Part shown: in pieces, positions 10,921-21,081 of the stretch | How the letters are laid out: every line of letters starts with the position of its first letter | Numbering within the stretch: position 1 is the stretch's first letter | Assembly (NCBI GenBank): GCA_040222015.1 | Contig: JAVJWO010000007.1 | Location: 1 to 30,783, forward strand | DNA: 30,783 nucleotides | Reading direction: 5' to 3' | From: Coleofasciculus chthonoplastes F2-STO-03 | Lineage (GTDB): Bacteria; Cyanobacteriota; Cyanobacteriia; Cyanobacteriales; Coleofasciculaceae | The notes under the pieces: model-generated | What the model saw: the letters and a program-made list of their open reading frames with translations, nothing else | Databases searched by the model: none | What the model was told of the DNA's origin: nothing | Position numbers and translations under genes: made by a program

Positions 10921-12564
10921 ATGAATACTGGTTTAGTGATTAAACGGTTGATTTTAGCCGTGCTGACGGTGGCGGTACTCTTACAAGTCAGCTTTTCTTT
11001 GGTTGAAAGCTGGGGTCAGCCTCAAATTCAAAGTCGCTTAGAACTTTACCAAACCAATTTATTACTCCATGCTGCCGAAGGTCAGAGTTTAGCAACAGAA
11101 GGAGAAGAGGATTTAACGGCGGCGCGGAATGCATTACTCGGTGATAATCCGTTTGAAAATGCCAAAGAGCAATATGAACAAGTCCTGGAAACAGCTCAGA
11201 CAACTCAATCGAAAATTATCGCCAAACTGGGACAACTGTCCTCAAACCAGGATGTGACGACATCTATCGGTGATGAGCTAGCTAAACCGCAAATGCAAAT
11301 CGCTCCCATTGACGAGGCTCCGATGACCTCTCAGCAGCGAAAGCAGTTGCAAAAGTCATTATCTCAGACAGAACAGCTTATTGATGAACTGAATGTGCGG
11401 TTGGGACTGCTGCAAGCTCAACAGGGTAGAACCGAGATGGCAATTCAGACGTGGAATGAGTTGATTGAGCAAGAAACCGTGGAAAGTACCGCTCCAGCAA
11501 CGACGCCATCCGCCAAAACTGCCGCCATATTAGCAGGTCTTTGGAGTGATCCGCCTCGAATTTTACCCGATGCGGAATCAAAAATTCAACAAAATTTAGA
11601 TAGCTGGTTCCAGCATCGGGCATTGTTCCAGCTTTATCAATTGCAACAGCGTCAAGATGCCTTATTATCCTTACAAGCTCAAGAAAAAGAGAGAGCCAAA
11701 CAAGCCCTAGTCAAGTTAACTCTAATTAGTGCCATTCCCGGAATTGGCGGTCTTGTCGGGGTGGGACTCTTGCTATTTTTGCTGGGTCAGTGGTTACTTC
11801 AGGGAGAGCGATCGCTGCTAGCTACGAATAGCGATATCGCTTGGGATACGCCTTGGGATGGAGAAATGATTTGGCAAGTCTTGATTCTGGGCTTTTTCTT
11901 TATCGGTCAAATCCTCCTTCCTGTTTTTATCCTGCCACTTTTCCTGGGCTTGTTCAATCTGAATCCGGCTAGTTTTACGGTAAGAATGCAGGCATTATAT
12001 GTTTTAATGACTTACATTGTGCTAGCGGCTGGAGGATTGGGAGTCCTTTACCTTTCGATCAAGGATTTTTTACCTTTGCCAGAGGATTGGTTTCGGATTA
12101 AATTCCGGAGAAAAGGGATTGTTTTTGGATTAGGTGGCTACCTAGTAGCTCTACCCCTAGTGATTTTAGTCTCACTGCTTAACCAAAAATTATGGCAGGG
12201 ACAAGGGGGGAGTAATCCGATTCTTTCGCTGGTGCTAGAAGGACAGGATACAGTAGCTATTGTGATATTTTTTAGCACGGCTTGCATTGCTGCACCCCTG
12301 TTTGAGGAATTCATGTTCCGAGGGTTTTTATTACCGTCGTTAACGCGCTATATGCCCGTTTGGGGAGCAATTGTCACCAGTAGTCTTGTCTTTGCGATCG
12401 CGCACCTGAGTTTGTCAGAAGTCCTCCCCTTAGCCACGTTAGGGATTGTGTTGGGAGTCGTGTACACGCGATCGCGTAATCTTTTGGCGCCCATGCTCGT
12501 TCACAGTCTCTGGAATACGGGAACGTTATTGAGTTTAGTAATTTTAGGCAGTGGTGGAGGATGA
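10921..12564 (+). CDS. CPBP (Abi/CAAX) family intramembrane glutamic endopeptidase with a long N-terminal helical domain
   Basis: APLFEEFMFRGFLL, FAIAH, MLVHSLWN; multiple TM segments. Confidence 0.93.
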   Translation: MNTGLVIKRLILAVLTVAVLLQVSFSLVESWGQPQIQSRLELYQTNLLLHAAEGQSLATEGEEDLTAARNALLGDNPFENAKEQYEQVLETAQTTQSKIIAKLGQLSSNQDVTTSIGDELAKPQMQIAPIDEAPMTSQQRKQLQKSLSQTEQLIDELNVRLGLLQAQQGRTEMAIQTWNELIEQETVESTAPATTPSAKTAAILAGLWSDPPRILPDAESKIQQNLDSWFQHRALFQLYQLQQRQDALLSLQAQEKERAKQALVKLTLISAIPGIGGLVGVGLLLFLLGQWLLQGERSLLATNSDIAWDTPWDGEMIWQVLILGFFFIGQILLPVFILPLFLGLFNLNPASFTVRMQALYVLMTYIVLAAGGLGVLYLSIKDFLPLPEDWFRIKFRRKGIVFGLGGYLVALPLVILVSLLNQKLWQGQGGSNPILSLVLEGQDTVAIVIFFSTACIAAPLFEEFMFRGFLLPSLTRYMPVWGAIVTSSLVFAIAHLSLSEVLPLATLGIVLGVVYTRSRNLLAPMLVHSLWNTGTLLSLVILGSGGG

Positions 12565-12577
12565 GACAGCATGGTTT

Positions 12578-12717
12578 GTAGGGGCGGGTTTATGGGTTTT
12601 CGTTCCGCTATTGATCCTAACCTTTGTTCAAAACCCGCCCTTTCCGAATGTCGGGGCGGGTTTATGGGCTTTCGTTCCGCTATTGATCCTAACCTTTGTT
12701 CAAAACCCGCCCTTTCC
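12578..12717 (+). repeat. 72-bp tandem duplication of the GGGGCGGGTTT/AAACCCGCCC REP-like element
   Basis: Units start at 12578 and 12650; cores differ by one base. Confidence 0.9.
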
Positions 12718-12730
12718 TGTTCCCCGTTCC

Positions 12731-13807
12731 CTATTCTCTGTTCCCTGTTTTCCAAATAGTAATCGCGCCATCATTACTCCCACTCACCAATATCTGTCCA
12801 TCATGACTAAAGCCAAGGGAGAAAATCGAACCCGAAAACCCTTCCAACATCTTCATCAACTCACCCGATTCCAGATTCCATAACCCTAATCTGCCATAAG
12901 GACCTAACGCACTGGCTAAAATGTTACCCGACGGATGCAGCGCCAAGGCATTCACAAACACAGGTTTAGGATTTTCCACTGGTGTCGCCAGTAATTCCCC
13001 AGTTTGAGGATTCCAAACGTTAATGGTTTCGGCAAAACTCTCACTCACTAAGACATTTCCATCCTGATTAAACGCCAATGATCTTAAAGACTGAGGATGC
13101 TGGAGGATATGCTGGATTTCCCCGCTCTGCCAATTCCATAGATGAATTGTACCGTCCTCAGAACCACTAGCCAGGAGTTCTCCATTGGGACTAAACGCAA
13201 GAGACAGGGTTAAATTTTCAATCTCAAATTGAAGCAGTTGTTCGCCTGTTTCTAGATTCCAAAGGGCAATTTCTGAAACAAACCCTAACCCTTCTCCTCG
13301 CCTTCCACTAGCCAGAATTTGTCCATCTGGGTTAATTGCTAGGGATGGAATCATGCCTTCTTTTTTCTGGAGAGTCTTGATCAATTCGCCAGTTTTCAGA
13401 TTCCAGAGTTTAATGGAACCGTCCTCGATACCCCCGCCACTCACCAATAATTCTCCATCTGGACTAATAGCTAAAGCAGTAACTTGATCAGAATGTCCAG
13501 AAAGCGTCCGCAATGGCTGACCTGTATTTAGGTTCCAGAGTTTAATCGTTTGATCATCACTACCCGTGGCGAGGAGTTGTCCATCTGGGCTAATCGCGAT
13601 CGCACCCACGGCGTCTGTATGTCCCTTAATATTACGCAACAATTTGGCATCTTGCCATTGTTGAGTCGGCGTAGCGGCGATGAGAGTAGCATTGCCAGAA
13701 CTTAGGGATACAGACAGCGATCGCGGCACATTGGTTACGATAACAGACAGTACAGTTATAACCGTCAGTGCGACGAAAACCGCGTAAGAACTTGACCGAC
13801 GACTCAT
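12731..13807 (-). CDS. WD40 repeat protein (about 7 blades) with N-terminal signal/TM segment
   Basis: GHTDAVGAIAISPDGQLLATGSDDQTIKLWN-type repeats; hydrophobic N-terminus; last codons (GNRE*) come from a (TGTTCCC)-like heptamer tract. Confidence 0.92.
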   Translation of the reverse strand: MSRRSSSYAVFVALTVITVLSVIVTNVPRSLSVSLSSGNATLIAATPTQQWQDAKLLRNIKGHTDAVGAIAISPDGQLLATGSDDQTIKLWNLNTGQPLRTLSGHSDQVTALAISPDGELLVSGGGIEDGSIKLWNLKTGELIKTLQKKEGMIPSLAINPDGQILASGRRGEGLGFVSEIALWNLETGEQLLQFEIENLTLSLAFSPNGELLASGSEDGTIHLWNWQSGEIQHILQHPQSLRSLAFNQDGNVLVSESFAETINVWNPQTGELLATPVENPKPVFVNALALHPSGNILASALGPYGRLGLWNLESGELMKMLEGFSGSIFSLGFSHDGQILVSGSNDGAITIWKTGNRE

Positions 13808-14075
13808 AGTTAACCTTTTGGCACAACATCATCCCCCCTAAATTGGTGAGATTGTTCCCTTAGACGACAGATAATGCCAAAAAGTATCCCATAAATATTA
13901 TTCCCGTGCCAACAACAGCACAAAAAATTAGAGAAATTAATTCGGAGAGGGTATAACTTACAGAGAATCCAGGCATCATGAAACTCCAAAACTACGGTAA
14001 CGATGCCATGATCACTTGGAATGGATCAATCAACCTCATACTTTCGGGTTAAATTAAATAATCTGGCTGATAAAT

Positions 14076-14576
14076 TTAATGAATATTTAATCTTTCCGCA
14101 GGATTAGTTGGACGTGGTTGGCGAATAATCATTACAGTCTTTTTCAACACTCCGGCTAACTGGGCAATCCAAGCCGAGGGAATTTCGGAAATCAGCTTAG
14201 CATCTAACCAGAGAGATAATTGATGCAGGATTGTGGTGGCGCGATCGAGGGGAGCAGGTATCACCACAATTGATTGTAACGTTTCCTTATATTCCATGCG
14301 TTTCTGAAATGCTTCCTGGCGTTCAGCATAAGTAGTGGGTGAATAAAATTCAACCTCCCCAATTGCATACACTGACGTACAATCAACGTCAAAACTACTT
14401 CCCACAGCAGCACCGGCACCCACAAAATCAGCATAAAACCGTTTTTGGATAATTAAGCCTCCCCGACAGTCAGGTTTAATCGCCAACAACTGTCCACTTT
14501 TGAACAAATCAAGGGGAACCGAGGTACAAGGAGAGTGGGTGGATGAATACGCACAAGGATCATTCGTTGGATGCAT
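14076..14576 (-). CDS. hypothetical protein, possibly with a degenerate Crp-like C-terminal HTH
   Basis: 166-aa ORF; GGLIIQKRFYADFVGAGAAVG and IAQLAGVLKKTV. Confidence 0.7.
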   Translation of the reverse strand: MHPTNDPCAYSSTHSPCTSVPLDLFKSGQLLAIKPDCRGGLIIQKRFYADFVGAGAAVGSSFDVDCTSVYAIGEVEFYSPTTYAERQEAFQKRMEYKETLQSIVVIPAPLDRATTILHQLSLWLDAKLISEIPSAWIAQLAGVLKKTVMIIRQPRPTNPAERLNIH

Positions 14577-14656
14577 AGCTCACCTGACAGCAGCAGATCG
14601 ATATCTAATACTGAGTTGTATCTCTCACTGTCAGGGACTTATGCAATGAGGTATCT

Positions 14657-14691
14657 CAGATCCCTGACTTCTTCAAGAAGTCGGGGATCTG
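14657..14691. repeat. near-perfect 35-bp palindrome CAGATCCCTGACTTCTT-C-AAGAAGTCGGGGATCTG
   Basis: 17-bp arms with one mismatch, just downstream of the Uma2 stop. Confidence 0.8.
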
Positions 14692-14723
14692 GCTTAGATA
14701 TACTAGGAAGGTTAGAGTCTAGA

Positions 14724-15494
14724 TCAACTATTTGGATCGATCCCGTGGGAACGCAACAGTTCTTCAAGACGCTGCGATCGCACTCGTTCAGCTTCCAATT
14801 GTTCTTGGGCGATCGCTTCCCGTTCAGTTGGGGTTAGAATCCAATTCCCTTCAGCATCGTACCAACGTAACCATAGACGATTAATCCCTTCGTACTCTCC
14901 CGACCACAATCCCAAGCCTAATTCCAATTGGGGTATCCAAATCCTCGGTTCAGTTAACTCCAACTCTTGGTAAAAACCAGCCGTAAGTGCAAACCCTCTT
15001 AATCGATCCGTATAGCGGTCAAACACCACATAATAGGGGACATTTAAAATTTGCTCGTAGACTTCCCATTTTGTCGGGGGTTCACTACTCAGGCGTGTAC
15101 TTCTACCTAAATCTTCTTTTTCCGTCCCCGGTGACAATAATTCCACCACCACCGTCGGACGGACCATTTCTTGCCAAATCACATAACTTAACCGTAAATC
15201 CTCCTGATCATAAAGTCTTGATACGCCCACCACACCAAACCAATCGGGTCGTTTATACCAATAATGGTGACGCGCATCGTAGTAAAGGTTCATATCACTA
15301 CCGCAAAATATTTGCTCAGGTGGGTAGTTAGCCGGATGAAACGTTACGCGCAATAGTTCGGGTTGAAGATCATGAAATTCGTCAGGCAAACCAGGTTCCT
15401 CCGGATTTTCACTCGGTAAATCGTACATGGTAGGCAAGCTTTCTCTAGGAGAACGAGGCGGATGATTTTGCTCGATTCGGTATTTGATTGCCAT
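14724..15494 (-). CDS. Uma2 (DUF820) family endonuclease, paralog of 8169-8903 (likely start ATG 15494)
   Basis: LPTMYDLPSENPEEPGLPDEFH, RPDWFGVVGV, VVVELLSPGT, KWEVYEQIL. Confidence 0.9.
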   Translation of the reverse strand: MAIKYRIEQNHPPRSPRESLPTMYDLPSENPEEPGLPDEFHDLQPELLRVTFHPANYPPEQIFCGSDMNLYYDARHHYWYKRPDWFGVVGVSRLYDQEDLRLSYVIWQEMVRPTVVVELLSPGTEKEDLGRSTRLSSEPPTKWEVYEQILNVPYYVVFDRYTDRLRGFALTAGFYQELELTEPRIWIPQLELGLGLWSGEYEGINRLWLRWYDAEGNWILTPTEREAIAQEQLEAERVRSQRLEELLRSHGIDPNS

Positions 15495-15591
15495 AACACG
15501 TTGCTTAAAGTCTTTACCATCATAATAATTCGACACACGCTAAGTAGGTGGACACAATAAAAGCTAACGGTGGAGAACTCGCTGCCCGAAA

Positions 15592-15653
15592 AGAAGCAAG
15601 CTACGTCATTCGTCATTTGTCATACTCGAAGAGCGCGAGAAGCAAGCTACGTC
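15592..15653 (+). repeat. two copies of AGAAGCAAGCTACGTC interleaved with a short GTCATT heptamer tract
   Basis: Copies at 15592-15607 and 15638-15653. Confidence 0.7.
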
Positions 15654-15721
15654 CTTCGTAAAGGTTTGAGGCTTGTTTACTTGCACAAGCGTGAGCGTGC
15701 CGTTTTCTTTTGTCCGACTAC

Positions 15722-18700
15722 TTATTCCTTAAAATCACAAACCTGGAATTCATTTCGTGCTTCGGGATGAGTCGCCAAGTAATCTTGCAACCAGATACAC
15801 CCTCTGGCAAGTAATTCCCCTAACCCTTCAACCTGCCAAATCCGGGCGGTGCCATCCGATGAAGCCGTGGCAATTTGGGTTCCATCGGGACTAAAAGCAA
15901 CGCTAACCACAGCGCCAAGATGTCCTTTAATTTCTTGTACTAGGTTTCCCTGTAAATCCCATAAACGGGCGATACCCTCGAATGAGGCGGTGGCAATATA
16001 TTTACCATTGGGACTAAAGGCGACACTGGTGAGTCCACTACGAGTCTGGTTAAATGCTTTGACTAGGTTTCCGTCAGTATCCCAGAGACGAACCATGCCA
16101 TCAATGGAAGCCGTAGCGATATATTCTCCATTGGGACTAAAGGCGACACTTTTAACCCATCCCTGATGTCCTTTCAATTCCTGTCGCAGATTACCTTGCA
16201 AGTCCCAAAGGCGAACCGTGCGATCGGATGAAGCGGTGGCAATCTGCTTTCCATCGGGACTAAAGGCGAGGCTTCTTATCCACCCTTGATGTCCGATCAA
16301 GTCTTGCAGTAGATTACCTTGAATATCCCATAAGCGGGCAATACCATCAGAAGAAGCCGTGGCAATCAGTTGTCCATCGGGGCTAAATGCCACTTGTGCC
16401 ACGCCGCCGGAATGGTTGGGTAAGCGTCTTTGCAATTTACCCTGGATGTCCCATAAACGAACAGTGCCATCAGATGAGGCAGTAGCAATCATTTGCTGAT
16501 CCGGACGAAAGGTGATATCGGTGACACTCCCTTGATGTCCCTTGAATTCCAGAATGGATTTCCCTTGCCGATTCCAGAGGCGAGCTGTACCATCGGATGA
16601 AGCCGTCCCCAGCAACTGTCCATCAGGGCTAAAGGTGACATGGGTAACCCCATCTTGATGTCCTTGCAACGGTTGATTGTGCGATCGCGTCCACAGGTGG
16701 GCAATGCCGTCAGATGCAGCCGTGACAATGATTTGACCATCGGGACTCATGGCGATATCTGTCACTATACCTTGATGCCCTTTTAAGTGTTGTACCACAT
16801 TTCCTTGCCCATCCCAGAGGCGAGCCGTACCATCAGATGAGGAAGTCCCCAAAAACTGCCCATCGGGGCTAAACATCACCTGAGTCACTCGTCCTTGATG
16901 TCCTTTGAACTCCTGCAACAGATTGCCCTGAATATCCCATAAACGCGCCGTGTGATCCGATGACGCTGTAGCAATCAACTCTCCATCGGGACTAAAGGCA
17001 ACGCTTCTCACCCATCCCTGATGTCCTTTAAATTCCTGCAACAAATTGCCCTGAATATCCCACAGACGTGCGGTGTGATCCGATGACGCTGTGGCAATCA
17101 ACTGTCCATTGGGACTAAAAGCCACACGGGTTACTCCATCTTCATGCCCGGTAAATTCCTGCAACAAATTACCCTGAATATCCCACAGACGTGCCGTGTG
17201 ATCCGATGACGCTGTGGCAATTAACTCTCCATCGGGACTAAAGGCAACGCTTCTCACCCAACCGGGCTGTTTTGGCAATTCTTGCATTCCATTTCCTTGC
17301 CGATCCCACAAGCGAACCGTACCATCAATTGAGGCGCTGATCATGCGTTGCCCATCTCGACTCACGGCAATACTGGTAACTCTGGCTGGATGTCCCGGCA
17401 ATTGTCCGATGAGTTTTCCTTGTCGGTTCCACAAACGAATAATGCCATCTAAGGAAGCCGTGACAATGGTTTGTCCATCGCGGCTAAAGGCAAGGCTTTC
17501 CACACTACCTTGATGATGCAGTTGGTTCCGTTCTTGAATATTGTTCAGAATTTCCTGCAACGCTAACACTGGACGAGTTGTCGGATAGTTGGCTAAGGGA
17601 CGCTCACCAAATGACGTTGCCAAGGTATGCCCAGCTTTCATGGCTTGCAATAATGCCTCAAGTTGCCCCAACTCAAACTTAAGCAAAGCCCTATCCCCTG
17701 CTTTTTTCATTTGCTCCTCCAGGGATTCGGTATAAGCCTGTTTCAGTTGTTGGCGAACGTAAAAACCAGTACCCGTAGCAACCGCAAGAACTAAAGCCCA
17801 AGTCAGGGCAAATTTAAGCCGATTTTGGCATTTTTCCCGCCGCGCTTGCTCCTGTGCCTGTTTAATTTTATCTTGAGCAATTTGCATCTCTAAGAGGACT
17901 AATTTGCGCTCTTTCTTTTCAGCATCTAAAGCGCGTTCAACCTCCCATTTTTCCCATTGCTCACTTTTGGCTAAAAATTGATAATCCTGATCACTTAAGC
18001 ATTGATTAGCCGCCCATTGTCTTGCCTCCTGTAACGCCTGACCGCGCAACAGTCGCGAGGTATCCTGACCATTGGATGCAAACCAGGCAGTTATGGCTTC
18101 TGAATAGGGTCGCAAGTTAGCGAGTTTTTCATTAACCCATTCCAGGTTAAATACAGTCTGATAAATGCGATTATAAACCCTTAAGGTTTGCTGTTGTTTA
18201 ACCACTAACCCACTTAGGCGCAATTCCATCTGTTCTGGATGGTCATTCACCGCCACTTGTCCCTGCTGCAAAAGGTGCTGATATAGCCCGAGTAGCCGCT
18301 CGGCTCGTTGTTCATTACTCAGCAGGCGATCGCGAATCGTTCGTAAATGCTCCGGTTCATCCTGAGATTGCCAGTTTTCCAGGATATAAGTGTGGACAAT
18401 TTTGGCAATATCGGGGGTACGGCTTTGAGTATACTTGCCAATTAGATAGCATAATTTCTGGGTGAGAAAAGGTTGTCCGCCTGTCCAGTTCAATACCTCT
18501 TTTAATACCGTTTCCGGATCATCAACTTTATCGGCAAACCCAGGAATTAACGAGGCTTTGGCATCCTCAAATTCAAAACCACCAAGCTGAATCGATTGCC
18601 CGATATTAAAGGGGGTACATTTTTTGTCATCTATTAAATTAGACGGCGTAGCAACTCCCAATAAACAAAACGTGAGGCGATTATAATCCGGATTATCGGC

Positions 18701-19210
18701 TCGTTGGTTATAACAGGCGCGAATAAAGGCAAAAAAATCGTCTTTGAAATTTAGTTTGATAATACTATCGATTTCGTCCAGGAAAACGACAAGATTTTGG
18801 CTAAAGCGAGTCAGTAACACATCCTCGATAAACCGATTCAAGCGTTGTAACGGTGATAATATCTCATGTTGCTTCCACCAGGCAATATCATCAAACGTCG
18901 CCGTTAGACCAAAATTCCTCACCAACTCAGAAACAATACCCAGATACCATGCCTCTGGCGTCGTTTGACTTCCCAGCCGGGTCATATCAATCGACGCACA
19001 TTTTATACCTTCACTTTTGAGAATTTTCATCATCCGAACTCGCAAACTCGACTTCCCCATCTGTCGCGAGTTCAATACATAGCAATATTCCCCCTGTTTC
19101 AAGCCATCATACAATTCATCATCAGCTTGGCGTTTCACATAGGTGGGGTGTTGATACTTTAAGCTTCCGCCAATTTTATAATAATTTTCTGTTCTGGTTA
19201 ATACACTCAT
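15722..19210 (-). CDS. AAA_35 (STAND-like) NTPase + coiled coil + TM helix + 14 WD40 repeats
   Basis: Walker A NSRQMGKSS, Walker B LVVFLDEID, WTGGQPFLTQKLC; TM FALTWALVLAVATGTGFYV; 14 WD repeats counted. Confidence 0.93.
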   Translation of the reverse strand: MSVLTRTENYYKIGGSLKYQHPTYVKRQADDELYDGLKQGEYCYVLNSRQMGKSSLRVRMMKILKSEGIKCASIDMTRLGSQTTPEAWYLGIVSELVRNFGLTATFDDIAWWKQHEILSPLQRLNRFIEDVLLTRFSQNLVVFLDEIDSIIKLNFKDDFFAFIRACYNQRADNPDYNRLTFCLLGVATPSNLIDDKKCTPFNIGQSIQLGGFEFEDAKASLIPGFADKVDDPETVLKEVLNWTGGQPFLTQKLCYLIGKYTQSRTPDIAKIVHTYILENWQSQDEPEHLRTIRDRLLSNEQRAERLLGLYQHLLQQGQVAVNDHPEQMELRLSGLVVKQQQTLRVYNRIYQTVFNLEWVNEKLANLRPYSEAITAWFASNGQDTSRLLRGQALQEARQWAANQCLSDQDYQFLAKSEQWEKWEVERALDAEKKERKLVLLEMQIAQDKIKQAQEQARREKCQNRLKFALTWALVLAVATGTGFYVRQQLKQAYTESLEEQMKKAGDRALLKFELGQLEALLQAMKAGHTLATSFGERPLANYPTTRPVLALQEILNNIQERNQLHHQGSVESLAFSRDGQTIVTASLDGIIRLWNRQGKLIGQLPGHPARVTSIAVSRDGQRMISASIDGTVRLWDRQGNGMQELPKQPGWVRSVAFSPDGELIATASSDHTARLWDIQGNLLQEFTGHEDGVTRVAFSPNGQLIATASSDHTARLWDIQGNLLQEFKGHQGWVRSVAFSPDGELIATASSDHTARLWDIQGNLLQEFKGHQGRVTQVMFSPDGQFLGTSSSDGTARLWDGQGNVVQHLKGHQGIVTDIAMSPDGQIIVTAASDGIAHLWTRSHNQPLQGHQDGVTHVTFSPDGQLLGTASSDGTARLWNRQGKSILEFKGHQGSVTDITFRPDQQMIATASSDGTVRLWDIQGKLQRRLPNHSGGVAQVAFSPDGQLIATASSDGIARLWDIQGNLLQDLIGHQGWIRSLAFSPDGKQIATASSDRTVRLWDLQGNLRQELKGHQGWVKSVAFSPNGEYIATASIDGMVRLWDTDGNLVKAFNQTRSGLTSVAFSPNGKYIATASFEGIARLWDLQGNLVQEIKGHLGAVVSVAFSPDGTQIATASSDGTARIWQVEGLGELLARGCIWLQDYLATHPEARNEFQVCDFKE

Positions 19211-19241
19211 GATCTAAATTATGATATTTTTTTATTATTGT

Positions 19242-19318
19242 GTAGGGGCGGGTTTCACTGCTATCATTTCTTCCTTCACCTAGTTTCTTCCTTCACCTAG
19301 ATGTAACAAAACCCGCCC
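19242..19318 (+). repeat. REP-like element with an internal 17-bp tandem duplication (TTTCTTCCTTCACCTAG)x2
   Basis: gtaggggcgggttt...aaacccgccc; duplicated units 19267-19283 and 19284-19300. Confidence 0.85.
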
Positions 19319-19338
19319 TGACTAAATTGTAAATTTTG

Positions 19339-19387
19339 TGACAAATGACTAATGACAAATGACAAATGACAAATGACAAATGACTAA
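19339..19387 (+). repeat. STRR heptamer array (TGACAAA/TGACTAA), 7 units
   Basis: Read directly; the last unit contains the stop codon of the 19384-20712 gene. Confidence 0.9.
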
Positions 19388-20712
19388 TTCAAATGTTCTC
19401 GAAAATACTGCCGATATAATTGACATCTCGGTGTAACCTGATTCCCCTGCTGTTCAATCAATCCCATACTATGTAACTTATACGCCTGCATTGTATCTAA
19501 TGGCACAGGTTCAGTTGCATTTACCACCTTTTCCAGGGCGTTAGCAAGTTCTGGATGTTCTTTAAACGTGGCTAAGTGGTGACGCAAATGTTGACTATAG
19601 ATTCCCGCATCTGTAGCCGCATCTTGTAATAATTCATCCAATGTTATCTGTTTAGTCGCCAGTTTATAAAGTGCCAACCGCACTAAATAAGGATGTCCGC
19701 CCACCTTTGCCAGTAACGATGTTAGTCCTTCACTACCAATTTGAACTGTCCAATCTAAAGCATGACGCTGTGCCAAGTCTTCCACTTGTGGAGATGTCCA
19801 CTCAGCTAATGGTACGGGTAAGCCAACATTAAATGGGGATTGATTAATATCTAATGAGCCATAATCTTCCGTGCTATGAACCACTACCAAGCGTAGTTGT
19901 TCCCAAAGTTCTAGATTATTCGCTTCTTCATGCCAACTCCGAATCAGGGGAAAAAAATGCGTGGCAATGTTTGGATATTGGAATACTCGGTCTACTTCAT
20001 CCAGGGCTAAAACCAAGGGACTCTCGGCTTGTGCCAAAAGCACTTCAAAATAGCGAGTACAACTAAGCATACTGCCTCGGTCTTCATTCCAATAATCAGA
20101 CAGCACCGCATCCGGCTTTAACTTATCGCTAATACAGGCACAAAAGCAGCGTAGAAACTTATCTAAGTCACTAAATTTTGCCTGTTCGATTTGTCGCAGA
20201 TTTAAACGGACGGTACGATACCCTTGCGTCTCAGCATACTCAATAATTCTATCCAAGAGAGAGGTTTTTCCCATCTTGCGCGGGGCTTTAATCCGAATCA
20301 GTGCCCCGGGTTGCAAAATCGTCTGGTAACAATCCGATTCAATGGGAGGGCGTTCTACATAGAACTGAGAACGTAGGGGTACAGGTCCATCGGGGTATTC
20401 TATCTTTTGCGAGGATACGGGTTGTGATAGTTTAGCAAGTCCTCGCGTTAACGGTTCCCGAAAATTGGTTTTGCTGACTTTCTCGCCTAACGCCGCAGAC
20501 AGCTTACGCCATAACTGGGGTCCGACATCTCCTCTGATGTAATTTACGGTGAAGTTATGCTGTTCGGCAATTTGCTCATAACTGTAATCCTCCCAAGCCC
20601 CGCGCAAGACTTTTTCTTCAACATCACTCAAGTAGCTGCCTGTGTTGCCATACAAAGTTTGGTTAGCAGCTTGTTTAATTTGATGCCAGGTTAATTGCGA
20701 TTGGGCGTCCAT
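19384..20712 (-). CDS. N-terminal HTH-like domain + AAA_35 NTPase
   Basis: LSDVEEKVLRGAW..SYEQIAE...GPQLWRKLSAALGEKVSKTNFR; Walker A APRKMGKTS; Walker B LALDEVD; SPFNVG; GGHPYLVRLAL. Confidence 0.9.
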   Translation of the reverse strand: MDAQSQLTWHQIKQAANQTLYGNTGSYLSDVEEKVLRGAWEDYSYEQIAEQHNFTVNYIRGDVGPQLWRKLSAALGEKVSKTNFREPLTRGLAKLSQPVSSQKIEYPDGPVPLRSQFYVERPPIESDCYQTILQPGALIRIKAPRKMGKTSLLDRIIEYAETQGYRTVRLNLRQIEQAKFSDLDKFLRCFCACISDKLKPDAVLSDYWNEDRGSMLSCTRYFEVLLAQAESPLVLALDEVDRVFQYPNIATHFFPLIRSWHEEANNLELWEQLRLVVVHSTEDYGSLDINQSPFNVGLPVPLAEWTSPQVEDLAQRHALDWTVQIGSEGLTSLLAKVGGHPYLVRLALYKLATKQITLDELLQDAATDAGIYSQHLRHHLATFKEHPELANALEKVVNATEPVPLDTMQAYKLHSMGLIEQQGNQVTPRCQLYRQYFREHLN

Positions 20713-21081
20713 GGCAGGAGTTCGTGCTTATCCTTGCTCTGAAATTTTATCAGATTTATTTTTGTCCGGAACAGTTTTCAGTCGTAACCTGACTTTTTCC
20801 GATATTTTGCGCCCAGCTTGGTCAACTTGCCATAACATTTACAATCCAAGACATATATTCAAGAAAATTCACCTTAAGAGTTAGGCATAATCTCCTTAAC
20901 TTTACCGATTGCACGGCTTAAGTTTTGGTTGTATGATATCAGGCATAAAAAAATGGATTTAAGGAGCGTTAATCCTAGACATCCTTAAGTAAACCGACTT
21001 TTCGCGATCGCTAACACCGCTCAAGTTATTATCCACCAGGGAACTGAGCAGCCAGACACGGAGATCACATCCTACTGAAGA

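Noticed and set aside
12578..12717. Mini-CRISPR or small proteins (ORFs 12501-12755, 12551-12883, 12571-12759)
   Set aside because: The would-be spacers are near-identical, so this is a tandem REP duplication and the ORFs are by-products
15849..17513. Antisense ORFs with repeated SEAVAI..PSGLKAT motifs
   Set aside because: Shadows of the WD40 repeats on the opposite strand
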